From the NCBI GenBank assembly GCA_018398765.1, contig JAHBMJ010000119.1, forward strand, positions 1 to 56,333: a DNA stretch of 56,333 nt. Reading direction: 5' to 3'. The notes beneath the pieces were generated by a model. The model saw only the letters and a list, made by a program, of their open reading frames with translations. It ran no database searches and had not been told where the DNA came from. Within the stretch, counting starts at the first letter, position 1. Every line of letters begins with the position of its first letter. This stretch comes from Chromera velia (taxonomy: Eukaryota). Below, in pieces: positions 38,168 through 49,305 of the stretch. Position numbers and translations under genes: made by a program.

Positions 38168-39190
38168 ATGCAGAGTCGCAAGACGCTGCCTGGATGGGTG
38201 AGTGGAAGGAGCGCGTGAGGACGGAAGGTTCGTTCTTCCGCTTCCACACAACGACCCTTGGCAGGTGGCACAGCTATCTGCAGAAGGGTTTCTCCAGCTC
38301 AGTCTCGGACGTCTCTTTTGCAAACACAGTTGTGGCAGGGCCCTTTCACCAGACCATCCGGCAGGCCCTTGAGAGTGCAACAAAGCCAGCGCGGGGCCTC
38401 GACGAGCCCGGTCTGATTGTCGTGGGAGTAGTGGAGGTGTTGAAGTCAAGTGAGGGTTCAGAATATCCGAACATGCCCGTTGGGTCGGGGTTCGGAGAGG
38501 CTACATGGATCCGCGTGCAGGACCCCAGTGCGATGAGGCTCAGGTGTCTGGTGCTTGTGAGTGGAGAGCAGGTCTTTGAAGGGTTAAAAAAGGCGAACGT
38601 GAAGAAAAGCACCCTGAGAAAGGACTCCGAGGGGCAGTATGTCTGGGGCAATGAATGGCTGGATTTGGACGCGGCCGAATTGGCACCTCTCCTGGTCAGT
38701 CAGTCAACCATGCAGTCAGCCAAGATCTGGAATTTTGATGCTTTTGTCACTGTCGTCTTTGGAGAACTCGTCTTGCATCATTTTATTTCTCTCTGCTTTT
38801 TGTTGCTTTTTACCGAGCGAAGTAGGATAGCTTTCTCATATTGAAAAATCAGACTCCACTAAGAGTGCTCTTCCTCCTCCCTGATGAAATTTCTTCGCCT
38901 TCTTTGAATGCGCTGCTTGACTGTAGAACTGCAACGGATTGATTTGCCCTGTGATCCTCCTGCCTGTCTTCAACCAATACCAAAGCTTCTTCTCCTTCTG
39001 CCCCTTTCTTCTCTTCTCTTCTCTTCTGTTCTTGCAGGAGCTTCATGCCTCTGAGAGTGGTTCTGGTCGCACAAGGGGAGTCAAGCAGAGTGAAGGAATC
39101 TCTGCGAGGGCAACAATGAAGACACTCTCGTCTCTTGGATTTGTGTACCCCCGTGTGGCTCCTGCCTCCACACTTCCTCGGCATCCTTAG
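32718..39190 (+). CDS. PARP6/PARP8-like ADP-ribosyltransferase-fold protein with a long low-complexity/UIM insertion; reading frame disrupted near 37430-37567 (possible pseudogene)
   Basis: Exons: ~32718-33524, 33826-33972, 34365-37754 (frame break inside), 38174-38694 and 39038-39190. RRCVVCMNP...CKSPECTATF...PLMVDLRVRLFREA...NPFP resembles the PARP6/8 Cys-rich region. EGSFFRFHTTTLGRWHSYLQKGF resembles the FAFHGSxxxNWHSILRNGL strand/helix. VGVVEVL...WIRVQDPSAMRLRCLVL resembles the C-terminal ART strands. Homology was recognised by eye, not by search. Confidence 0.65.
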
Positions 39191-42100
39191 AAAGGGAGGG
39201 GGAGTCTGAGGTATTGGGCTTGTTTGAGCATTCCATCCACCTCCATCATCTGTCTGTTTCCCTTTCCCCCTCTGTCCCTCCCCTCTCCTGGTGTGCTGCA
39301 TGTGAGTTGGCTCTCTGGGTTGATGAAGGAAACACCCGGCTTCCTCTCAAGCATCTCTTCTTAAGCACAAACCCTCCATTCATGCACACACACACATGAC
39401 ATACCCATCCATGCATGCACGCCCAATGACAGCCAGACTTGAAAAAGAGAGACGGAGTGGGCAATAAGTGAGACTGTGGCAGACTAGTGCTTCTCTTTCC
39501 CCCCGTTTAGTCAGTCGATCGAGTGAGTGGCGGACGAGTCGCTTCACGTCAAAGAAGTGGAGTGTCTCTTTCCTCCCTGCTCTTCCTTCCTTCGTCCAAA
39601 AAGAGGAGCTTGCTTCCGTCCTTGCATGGCTGCTTGCTCATTTGATTGATTTCTTCCTTTCGCCTCCCCCTTTTTGTTTACGTTCCATTCCGTTTCATTT
39701 CACTTCACTTCAATGAATCATTGATTGTAGCGCTTTACATGATCGCTTTAAAAAAAATGCTATCAGAAGAAAGAATCAAAAAATGCATCTGAACAAGTCC
39801 TCCTCTTCTCTGCTTGAGTCTGTTTATGCGTGTGTGTGTGTGTGTGTGTGTGTGTATGGATGGATGGATGGATGGATGTGTGGGGGAGAGGGCGTCCCTG
39901 AAGCCGAGGGGTCGTCGGGTGCGGAGCGGCTGGGGGGGTTCACGTTGTCTGTCTGTGATGGTGAAGGAAGGCCTGCAGAGTGGTAGATGGAAGGAAGTTG
40001 GCACTGCTTGTGGGAGACCATGGTGAGAGAGCCTATGCAAGAGTAGGAGGAAGGGGTGCGTGAGTAGACGGCGGTGGTTGTTCATCACTTAGAAGGAAGG
40101 AAAGAAGGAAGGTGTTCGTAAATCAGTCATCTGGCGGGGAGGTTACTTGAAGGTCATACAAAACTGCGTTGAACGCTGGGGAGCAAATTTAAGTGCGTGT
40201 GCATGTATGGACTAAATCAGGGGTGGTGTGTAGAGGAGAGCTGGGTCCCAATCCCGCTGTCTTGCTTCGTGGTTTGGAGCTGTTCACTTGCCTTTTCTTG
40301 CTGTCCTTTTTTCCCTTCTATGTTCATGGACATACAGAACCATCTGTGTGAATGTGTTAAGCGATTAAGTGCATGGGTTCATTTTGGGGGGCTCGAAGAT
40401 TTCAGTCCAGGAAGGCTTGGTTTTGCTACGGGTTTTGCTCTTGATATGATTCGCCTCTTTCATCCGGAGAGAAAGTGCAGGCAGGGATGAAGAGACTGCG
40501 TGAATATGGATGTTGATTTATGTGTGCGAAGTTCGGACTCCTACCATGTGATTCATTCTTGGCATTGTTTCCTTCATCCCAATTTGAACGGCTTTGGAAG
40601 AAAAAAAGTGGAGTGCGAGTGCATTCACTAGCTAGTTGTGTAGATTCACATTTTCGTTTCATGGTCACTGTTAGTTGGTTTCTATGTTTCAATCCATAGT
40701 CCATGAATTCTATCTGTCTGTCTGTCAGACTCGATCTGTCTTCCTTCCTTCCTCCCTTCCTTCCTTCCCCCTTTTCACCGCTTCTCTCCCGTCTGTTTTT
40801 GTGCCTAGTTCTGTGCATGGTTCGCGAAGAAGAGAAAGCAATTAAGAGAAAAAACTTTGAGGGACAAAAGGATCTTTAAAAAGTCATTTTTCATGAACGA
40901 AGACAGCTTGCCTTTTGGCGACTAAGGCTTCTTGAGCCTTCTTCGCAAGCATGAGCTGCGATGATGAGCACTGACTGGCGAAAGCTTGATTGATCGATGA
41001 AGATATGACTGGTTTAAGTTCTTAATGAACATATCCGCAATTGGCGAAACTGGCAAAACAAATCAACACTGCACCATTTAACAGATCTCAAACTGCAATC
41101 ACTTATTCATTAATAAATTATATATATTTTGATAAATGACATCATCATGAATAAATCAATATGATGTATAAATGGTCACCACCATCACCGTACTAAGTTT
41201 AAGAAACTTAGTAACTAGTTTAGTAACACAACGGTTTAAGAACCTGGTTGGATCTATAGACATAGTTAAAAAGTTAATCCATCTGCCAATATCTGCCATG
41301 ATTGCCCCCGGAAAGCACGTACTTCAATCTGACGCACGCGAGGCGTGCGAATGGCCTGGAAAGCGAATTTTGGGGATTAAAGATCAACGCGGCGAGGTCC
41401 TGGGTTCGAGCCAGCTCAATCTTATAATAGAATAGGTAACTCAGTTCAAAAGGCCCTTAGAACCAAAAAAAGAACACAATATAACATAACAATGAAATAC
41501 AATGAAAATCTTAAAGTACTGTGACAAAATATTTTATCATCTTTATCTCTGATCTGCATTTCTCTTTCTTTCTTCCCAACCATCTCTTTATTTTATATCT
41601 CTCTCCCTTTTTACCACTCCCTTCACCACCAAGTGACACCAACAGTTTAGGGCTAGGCTTAGCCCAACTAGTTTAGCCTAAGTTTAACTTACCGTTTAGG
41701 GTATGAGAAAATAATCTTTCTTTCTCTATTCTTTGATTATTTTTTATCATCTTTGATCTTATTTTTTTATATTATTCTTCTGTTCCTTTCTATGCTCTAT
41801 ATAGTACAGTAACTCACTGTCTCCTCGCCGACGAGTCGCTGTCTCGCCGTCACGGTGCACGCCGACATACGCAGGCTCAACACCTGCTTATACACATTCC
41901 GCACGCACGATTTTTTTTCTGAAGACACTAACTAATATATTGTACTGAGTCATTTATTCTAAGATTTAGCCTTCAAGCCGTGCACCCTCATTTTTCCGTA
42001 CTTTTCTATCGAAATTTATGTTAAATTTTACGAAGAAATGATTATTATACATGCATGACCAGCTACACGATCCCACTGCAATTGTTTTTAGGTGCCCTCC

Positions 42101-42211
42101 AGAGCTTTACTTTCCAAGCCAAATTTTGTACCAGAACTAATCGGAACGCGCCGAGATGAGACCGGCCAAGACGAGAGGAAAGTTAAAATTAAGAGACTGC
42201 ACATATTACAG

Positions 42212-42214
<3 letters not shown>

Positions 42215-42302
<88 letters not shown>

Positions 42303-42305
42303 TTC

Positions 42306-42358
<53 letters not shown>

Positions 42359-42359
42359 G

Positions 42360-42391
<32 letters not shown>

Positions 42392-42402
42392 TTCTTTCTC
42401 TC
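42215..42402. repeat. Long interrupted (CT)n microsatellite
   Basis: Seen directly. Confidence 0.95.
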
Positions 42403-43321
42403 CCTAGTTTTTTTGTTTGATTTTTGTTTATGTTTACACGTCTATGATTTTTGAGACAAAATTTTATCTTTTAGTCAATTTACTCTCAATAACTCCCAGT
42501 TAATTTTCTTTTTATATTTTTGGATTATTTTTTAGTATTTTTGCACTGTGATCTGTTATTTTTATTAATCTTTATAACTCTTTAGTACTTAGAGGTTGTA
42601 CTCCTTGGCTCGTATTAGCTCGATTGGCTTAGATTTAATCTTTAATTAAAAACTATATCATTAAGTCAGAAATATGTTTATATTGAGTGTTTCGACAATT
42701 TTAGACAACTTAGCCTTAGACAACACTTCAGTTTTTAATTAGTGTCTAAGTTAGTATCCCCAAAGATTCGTAGTCTGAACTCGTAAAGGTCTGTGATTTA
42801 GGTTTCAGAATCTAGCTCAAAATCCCCCAGATACCCTCAGATTGCCACTGAGATTAAAGTCGTACGTTTCTGGAGGAAACTACTTAATTCAAATTAAAAA
42901 GTAGCTGGTCCAATCGAAATACAATGCAACACTAAAAATCATTATCACAAAAAACTTTCTAGAAGAAACTCCTTCTTGAGGATATTGGTTTTCTTGAGGA
43001 AAACATAGGAAAACAGTGTTTCAAAACATTGTCATAATTATAATACTATAAGTAACTAGTATAACAATACGAGGACATCAGCTTTGCTTTAAAACTAAGT
43101 TTAAGTTGCTTAGACCAGCCATATATAACCTGAATAGGGCTACTTCAGGCCTTTTAGGGCCTTCTACACAAGGCTAAATATCAATTAAATCACTACTACC
43201 ATCACACTAGCCATCATACTATCATAAACTGCATATAGAAAGTCATGCAACCAATACCAAAATATTTTAAGCTGGATTTTAAGCTGGCAACTTAACATTG
43301 ATTGATTGATTGATTGATTGA

Positions 43322-43715
43322 TTGATAGGTTCCGCACTAGCCTAAAGCCTTCTTACTATGTCCATCTGTTGCCAGAGCTAGCAGAGCAGGGAGTTCAACT
43401 TCTTCAGCTAAGCAAAAGTATCAGGCTCCGCCCTTGAAGCCTACCAAAGCTGTGTGCTCCGGCCGCTGACGCTTGACTGTTCATTTTTTTCGGCCGCTGC
43501 TCTTGCCTCTAAGTTAAACTTTCTAACAGGCTTAAAGTTTCAGGTCTGAAGATCGATTTGATACAGCCGGTATGCGATATTATCAAGGGCTCGCTCGCTT
43601 CTCTCATTTGCTTTATCCATCTTCTTCTATAGTCTAAGATTCTGAGTCTTTCTTCCCTATCCCATGGCTCCTTCTGTCACCTCCAAGCAATTGACGGTTT
43701 CTTCATATTCCTCTA
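43322..43715 (-). pseudogene. Decayed ORF fragment (helical, E/K/R-rich) interrupted by the LTR element
   Basis: One frame reads EEYEETVNCLEVTEGAMG*GRKTQNLRL*KKMDKANERSERALDNIAYRLYQIDLQT*... with 6 TAG and 1 TGA stops. Once the element is removed, it joins in frame to YGAILITGRQKAIGRLT at 48779-48729. Confidence 0.4.
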
Positions 43716-44005
43716 TGATGTGTACCAGCTAGTACTAGCTAGATACTCTCTAGACTTGGTATAAAGAAAATACGGATCGTGTTCACGTGAGACTGTCAGT
43801 CAAGAGGCTAGGTTTGATTCCATCAATCAACTGGACAAAACAGTGACGGGAACTTCAAGCGCCTTACTGAGCCAGAAATATTCATTGAGATGCTGTGGAT
43901 AGAACAGTGGCCATGGCTCTCATATTGCCGGGATCATGGGATATGCCGTGGTTGCCATTAAATCTGTGTGGGACGCTCTAGGATACTCTAGATTGGCATA
44001 TAACA
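43716..44005 (-). repeat. 3' LTR (290 bp)
   Basis: Aligns over ~270 bp to 47914-48082 plus 48624-48725, with 25 substitutions and three short indels. Confidence 0.88.
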
Positions 44006-44009
44006 CAGA

Positions 44010-44026
44010 TTCTTTTTCTTTTCTCT
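44010..44026 (-). other. Polypurine tract (PPT) of the LTR element
   Basis: The minus strand reads AGAGAAAAGAAAAAGAA, ending 4 nt before the 3' LTR. Confidence 0.7.
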
Positions 44027-45589
44027 TAGATTTTTGTATGTTTTTAGAGCCATCCAAAACCAAGGAAACTCCGGTTTAGGGTGTGAGAAAGAGACTGATG
44101 AGGGGCGGGCCCTGAATTAGATGTGGAGGCATCGTCAACTGAATCAGATAGTGTCTGTGGTGTTAGAGTGGGTTGTGTATGGGTCGGCTTAGTCAATGCC
44201 CAATAGGTAGAGTCAACGGCAACTAAGAAGGAGAAAGTGTGGCAGCATTTATATACTTGCAACGGAGAGTGGGGTTCTTTGGGTCACCACAGATCAGACT
44301 GCACGCCTCCTTCTTTTCTTTGGTTCTAGGGTGGCGAATGACTTCAAATTTCAGATTGGGATCGATAGTCAACGGACAGGGAATCACTGACAGCTGGGAG
44401 TGGACTCTAACCATCGGGATCTGAGTCCACTCCGAGAGCTTCGATGGGTTAGCAGGCGTACATCCCAGGGCAGGTGGCTACTTTAGATGACTTTGAGTTT
44501 GACTTCACTTTGCTAAAATAGTGTGAAGCAGAAGCAGTGAGGGTGAGTACAGAACCATCTGGGTTCCCCCCATCTTTCCGTGCAGCCACAGTGGTTGCAC
44601 GACGTTCCTTCTTCCACCTTTGTCTTTCCGCCTTCGGTACGGTAGACAGGGCAACCGGCATATTCTGCCGGATCATGCGATCGGGATTTGCATCATAAGG
44701 TCCTGGACTAGACTGGGAGGGTTCAAGCGAAGGGGACTGGTGTTGCACAGCTAGTAGCTTCTATGAAGGAAAGATTATGCTGAACATGGGGAGAGGACTG
44801 AGGTGGGTCCAAAGGAAGAAACTGTGTGAGTGGAGGCCCAGAAGGTTGCTGCGAAGACACACGGGCGGGGAGGAGTGCATGAGCGCTTTTGCGTAGGGGT
44901 CGATGAAGTAACAGTTACTGCAGAATCAACAGAAACTGCATGAAGGGATGAGTTTTTTTAATTCTCCTTAGTGCCCAAACCATGCCTTCTGCGACGCTTT
45001 TGGAGCTAGTGTGCTTCGGAAACATTGTCAAGTCGATTGCGGGAGGCAAAAGAGAGAAAATTCTTAGCAGCAGTGGCAAAAGAGGTGTAGCAGGCCTCAA
45101 TACTATAGATCTTCGTCTCCATGGCCTGATTGCACACCTGGTATAGTTCTGCCACAGCGGCAGACCCTTCGACAAACAAAGAAAACATTGGAAATGAAAG
45201 TGATAAGGGGGCCGTGTAAAAATTTATTTGAGTGCCAGTGGCATGCAAGACCTCCCCCCCCCCCCCTAGACCTCGTCGCTTTAGCACGCACATTTTTTAA
45301 ATAAAAAATAAAGTCTGACATTAACTTAAAGTACTAACTTTATTATCATCTAAATTCACCCATTATCTAGATAAAAACTGATGCAGCTATGATAAAATGC
45401 GATAAAAACATGAATGCAATGTTAGTTCACTTTTCAATTACATAGAGGAGGAAACGTCAAAGGAAATCCCGAACGGGAGCGGGTCCATGTCTTTTCGCGA
45501 CGGCATCTGCAGAGGTCGTCTGTTTGACTTTCTGGTCGCAAAGATCGTTAAACTTCCACTAACACTCTCTATTCCCCACATCTTTCCGA

Positions 45590-46438
45590 CCGAAGCCTCA
45601 TTCATTCACTCTCTCTCACTCAGTCACTTACTTATCCATCTGCACTCATCATACTCACTCGCTCACTTATTTACTGATGTGCCCACCCACTTGCACACTA
45701 TTGCTAACTCACTCACTCCCCGTCCGTCCCCGTCACTCCCCATCTTACTCACTTTGTTCCCTCACTCACTTCACTTACTCCCCTTCACTGCAGTCCACAC
45801 CCTCCTTCCCTCAATCATGACATTCGCTCACTCACTTCACTTACTTACTCTTTCATTCACACATTCACTCACTGACTCACTCGTTCACTGACTCACTCAC
45901 TCACTTGCCAATTCACACTTGTGCTCACTCACTCACTCTCAACCTGATTCACTCATTCATTTGTTCACCCAACCAGCCAGCTACCCACCCACCCACTCAC
46001 TCACATGTACTCACATGATCTTGACTCACTCACTCACACTCACTCATCTATCCAGTAACTCTTGCATTCATCCATTTATGCACAATCATTTGTTCAATCA
46101 CCCAGTGGCACCTATCATCTCTCTCACTTTCTTTACTCCCCCAGTCTTATTCACACTTTTACTCACTCCCTCACCCAGTGACACTCTACTTACTCTATTC
46201 ACTCATTGACTCCATCACTCCTAGCACTAACTCACTCAGTGACACTCACTCAGCCACTTATCCACTCAATCACTCTGCTTACTCCATTCATTCACTCACT
46301 CACTCATCTATTCACTCCCAGCACTCACTCATTCCATTCACTCACTCTCTCACTAGCTCAGTCACGGCATTCATTCTTTCATTCATCCATCTATCCATCC
46401 ATCCACTCACTCATTCACCTGGTCCATCATTCACCCAC

Positions 46439-46476
<38 letters not shown>

Positions 46477-46630
46477 ACACACACACACATATACACATAC
46501 ACACACACACTCACTCACCCACTCACTCTCACTAGCTAAATCATATTCACTCACACTCTAGCAGAGTCATGCATTCATTCGTTCACTCACTTTCATCATT
46601 CTCATTAAATTCTTTCATTCACCCGCTCAG
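45590..46630. repeat. Degenerate (ACTC/ATTC)n simple-repeat tract with an embedded (CA)n
   Basis: About 1 kb dominated by CACTCACT and CATTCATT units. The overlapping ORFs are H/S/L/T repeat artefacts. Confidence 0.9.
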
Positions 46631-47901
46631 TCGCTTTCTCACTTTCTGGTTCTCTCTCTCTCTCTCTCGATCTTTGCACAGTCAGATTAACATCTATAGC
46701 TAGGCACTCATGCCGACCTTCGCAGTCAGAAAATTTCTCAGGCAGGCAAAGCTGACGCTCTCGATCAATTGCTCGATCCGTCTATCTCCGTCCGTCTCCG
46801 TCTCTCTCCGTCTATCTCCGTCCGTCTCCGTCTCTCTCCGGCCCGATCCGGAAAAGGATCAAACGCGGCCCCTACCTCTTGTGGGCAGCTGTAACAGACT
46901 CGACCAAGCTTCTCGGGAATGTTGGCTAACGTTGCGACGCACCAGTGGGATACAGAGACAGGGAAGAGACTGGAGACGGCTCTAACGATAGAAGACAAAA
47001 GGTCAAGAAAACAAGGACTAGATTCTCTACACGGAAGCGGCTGCCCAGATTCTGACTCCGCGCTATCACGAGGACATGCTATCGAAGATTAGCACATCTA
47101 GAGCACTGCAGGGCATCAGAGGAGACTTGTCAGGGGGGGGATGAGGGAATCGTGGAGGGGGAATGAAAAGGTCAGACAATTTTTCAAAATTTTGGACCTC
47201 TGGTGCTTCAGAACCAGATGACATCTGGAGAAACCATTTGGTGGCTTTTATGTGGCAACCATAGGGATCAAGATTGACCACTTACAGCTTGTCTGCGATT
47301 GTCTGCGAGACCCCACTGAGATGAATGCCCAAAAAAGGCTCGCTGACACGCAAAGACCCCCCCCCCCCCNNNNNNCCCCCCCCCAGAGCCCGTTTGCGTG
47401 CCGTACACTGACGCGCAAATGAATTTTTACAGCATAAACAGAAAGGATACACTTTGACGAAATTGGAGACGGACCGAGAATGAAACAAGAGTGTTCAATC
47501 AAAAGAGTCAGTCGAGGCAGGGGTGAGGGGAAGAGGTGTAGTCAGGGAAGTAGATTTGACATCCTGCACGACTAAAGTTTTTCTAGACTGCCCTAGTGGA
47601 AGGGGGAGCAGATATGCATATGGGGTATGGGACTGACTCCGGAGGAGTGTATCCCAGTGGATAGCCACAGCCCCGTGGTGGATGAAAGTCTACCAAGACC
47701 GAGACCGAGACCAAGTCAAGTACAGTCGAGTAGCAGAAAAGAAGAGAGGTGCGCGCCACTGTGTACGCCTAGCTGTCTGCTTCTAAAAATGTTTGTGAGT
47801 CTGCTGTTTGAGGCGCGAACTCTGCAGAACAAAATTCTGAAGGTGGAGACTATATGGCTGCGACAGCGGCAACTGCTGTTCTCAAACGTGAATGGCAACC
47901 A

Positions 47902-47913
47902 GGCTCGCTACTA
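47902..47913 (-). other. Primer-binding site (PBS)-like sequence
   Basis: TAGTAGCGAGCC abuts the 5' LTR. It is one G>A change from TGGTAGCG, which is complementary to an initiator-Met-type tRNA 3' end (...CGCUACCA). Confidence 0.6.
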
Positions 47914-48725
47914 TGATGTGTACTAGCTAGTACCAGCTAGACACTCTCTAGACTTGGTATAAAGAAAATATGGATCGTATTCACGTGAGACTGTCAGTTA
48001 AGAGGCTAGGTCTGATTCTATCGATCAACTGGACAAAACAGTAACGGGAAGCGCCCTGCTGAGCCAGAAATATTCATTGGGACTAGCATTGGTATTCAGA
48101 TCTGTCTTTCCTCCAAACCGGCTACCGTATATAGACTTCCTGGATCTTCTTGGACAGATCTCAACTTTAGTGTCTCCGTCTGTGTAGTCTGTTCTACGTA
48201 CAGGATGAGAGCCTATCCCAAGACGTACCTACCAGTCGGACCTCCTGATCAGAGTCTTTCAATAGCAAGCTCAATTAAGCCAGCCTCTTATGTATTGATC
48301 TGTATTGTGATGTATGCAAGCTTTGCATTCAATGCGTCTCTCTGTATTGCAATATGCGTGCCTAACGGAGATCTACGGTTGGGGACATCTTTCTAGTTCT
48401 GTATTAATACAGCCAGTTCGCTCGGCGTGCGTGCAGAAGATGAGTCCTGCCTAACTTGGCTTCTCTGGTGCACCAAATACACATAACGCGCTGCAACACA
48501 AGCTCGCTCTGCTTAGCTCTGCTCACGTGTTTCCTTCTGCTTACAACTATGATGTACTCTTAAAGACTTCCTATATTTCTCTCTCTCTCTCTCTATACAC
48601 GGGACGATCCATAACAATTAGGATGCTGTGGATGGAACAGTGGCCGTGGCTCTCACACTGCTGGGATGGGACATACCGTGGTTGCCGTTAGATCTGTGTG
48701 GAACGCTCTAGGTCGGCATACAACA
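47914..48725 (-). repeat. 5' LTR, split by a ~0.53-kb insertion
   Basis: Its two halves match the 3' LTR and are separated by unrelated sequence at about 48083-48616. Confidence 0.85.
48093..48616. mobile_element. Nested insertion, probably a solo LTR of a second family
   Basis: Ends are TATTCAGA...CCATAACA (TGTT...AACA with one TG>TA change), flanked by ATTGG (48088-48092) and ATTAG (48617-48621). An alternative boundary, 48083-48616, gives a 7-bp ATTGGGA/ATTAGGA duplication. Confidence 0.6.
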
Positions 48726-49305
48726 CTCCGTCAATCTCCCGATCGCCTTCTGTCTTCCGGTGATTAAAATCGCCCCGTAACTAGGTATAGTAGCACCATA
48801 TATTACCAGTATTAACAACTAAATATATTTTAGATATTAATATGTTGTTTTTACGACCAGTGATTTTTGTGATACAGTCACCAAAAGATATTTCATCTCA
48901 GACGAACATCCATCTGTCACTTCTTCAATCCCTTCATCAAATACTATCGCAGTAGTGGAGGTACCTCTGAGGAAGGCATTGGGGTGAGCAGCTGGAGGGC
49001 CAATTGCTTCAACTTTCTGCATGGACATAAGGAGGACAGACAGAGAGGATCCATAGACAGACCAATCGCTTCTGAGTACACTCCACCGGCAGTTTTCCAC
49101 TTCTGCCTTTCTCTTCAGGCCGACCCCATGGCGTGGTACAGTCAAGGCACTCATCCCCTGATCACCCAAGCGCGATTCTTGCACAGATGCGTCGCCCTCG
49201 AAAGAACGTCAAAGTGCGCCTCCACAACTTTCATTCACGACAAAGAGTGGACGCACAAGAACCCAAAATTAAAGAAGCGACCGTAGTTACACACGAAAAA
49301 TCTGA

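Larger units (their letters stand above)
43716..48725 (-). mobile_element. Degenerate, non-autonomous LTR retrotransposon with nested insertions
   Basis: Direct repeats at 43716-44005 and 47914-48725 have TGATGTGT...ATA(T/C)AACA termini. A PBS-like TAGTAGCGAGCC follows the 5' LTR immediately and a 17-nt polypurine tract precedes the 3' LTR. The flanks CTCTA and CTCCG form a degenerate 5-bp TSD. Only broken gag-like fragments remain inside, and I found no RT or integrase motifs. Confidence 0.85.

Noticed and set aside
41393..41415. GGTCCTGGGTTCGAGCC T-arm-like motif suggesting a tRNA gene
   Set aside because: No D-arm, anticodon arm or acceptor stem pairing could be found around it.
45487..46561. 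Several 96-134 aa ORFs rich in H/S/L/T
   Set aside because: They are translation artefacts of the (ACTC)n and (CA)n simple repeats.
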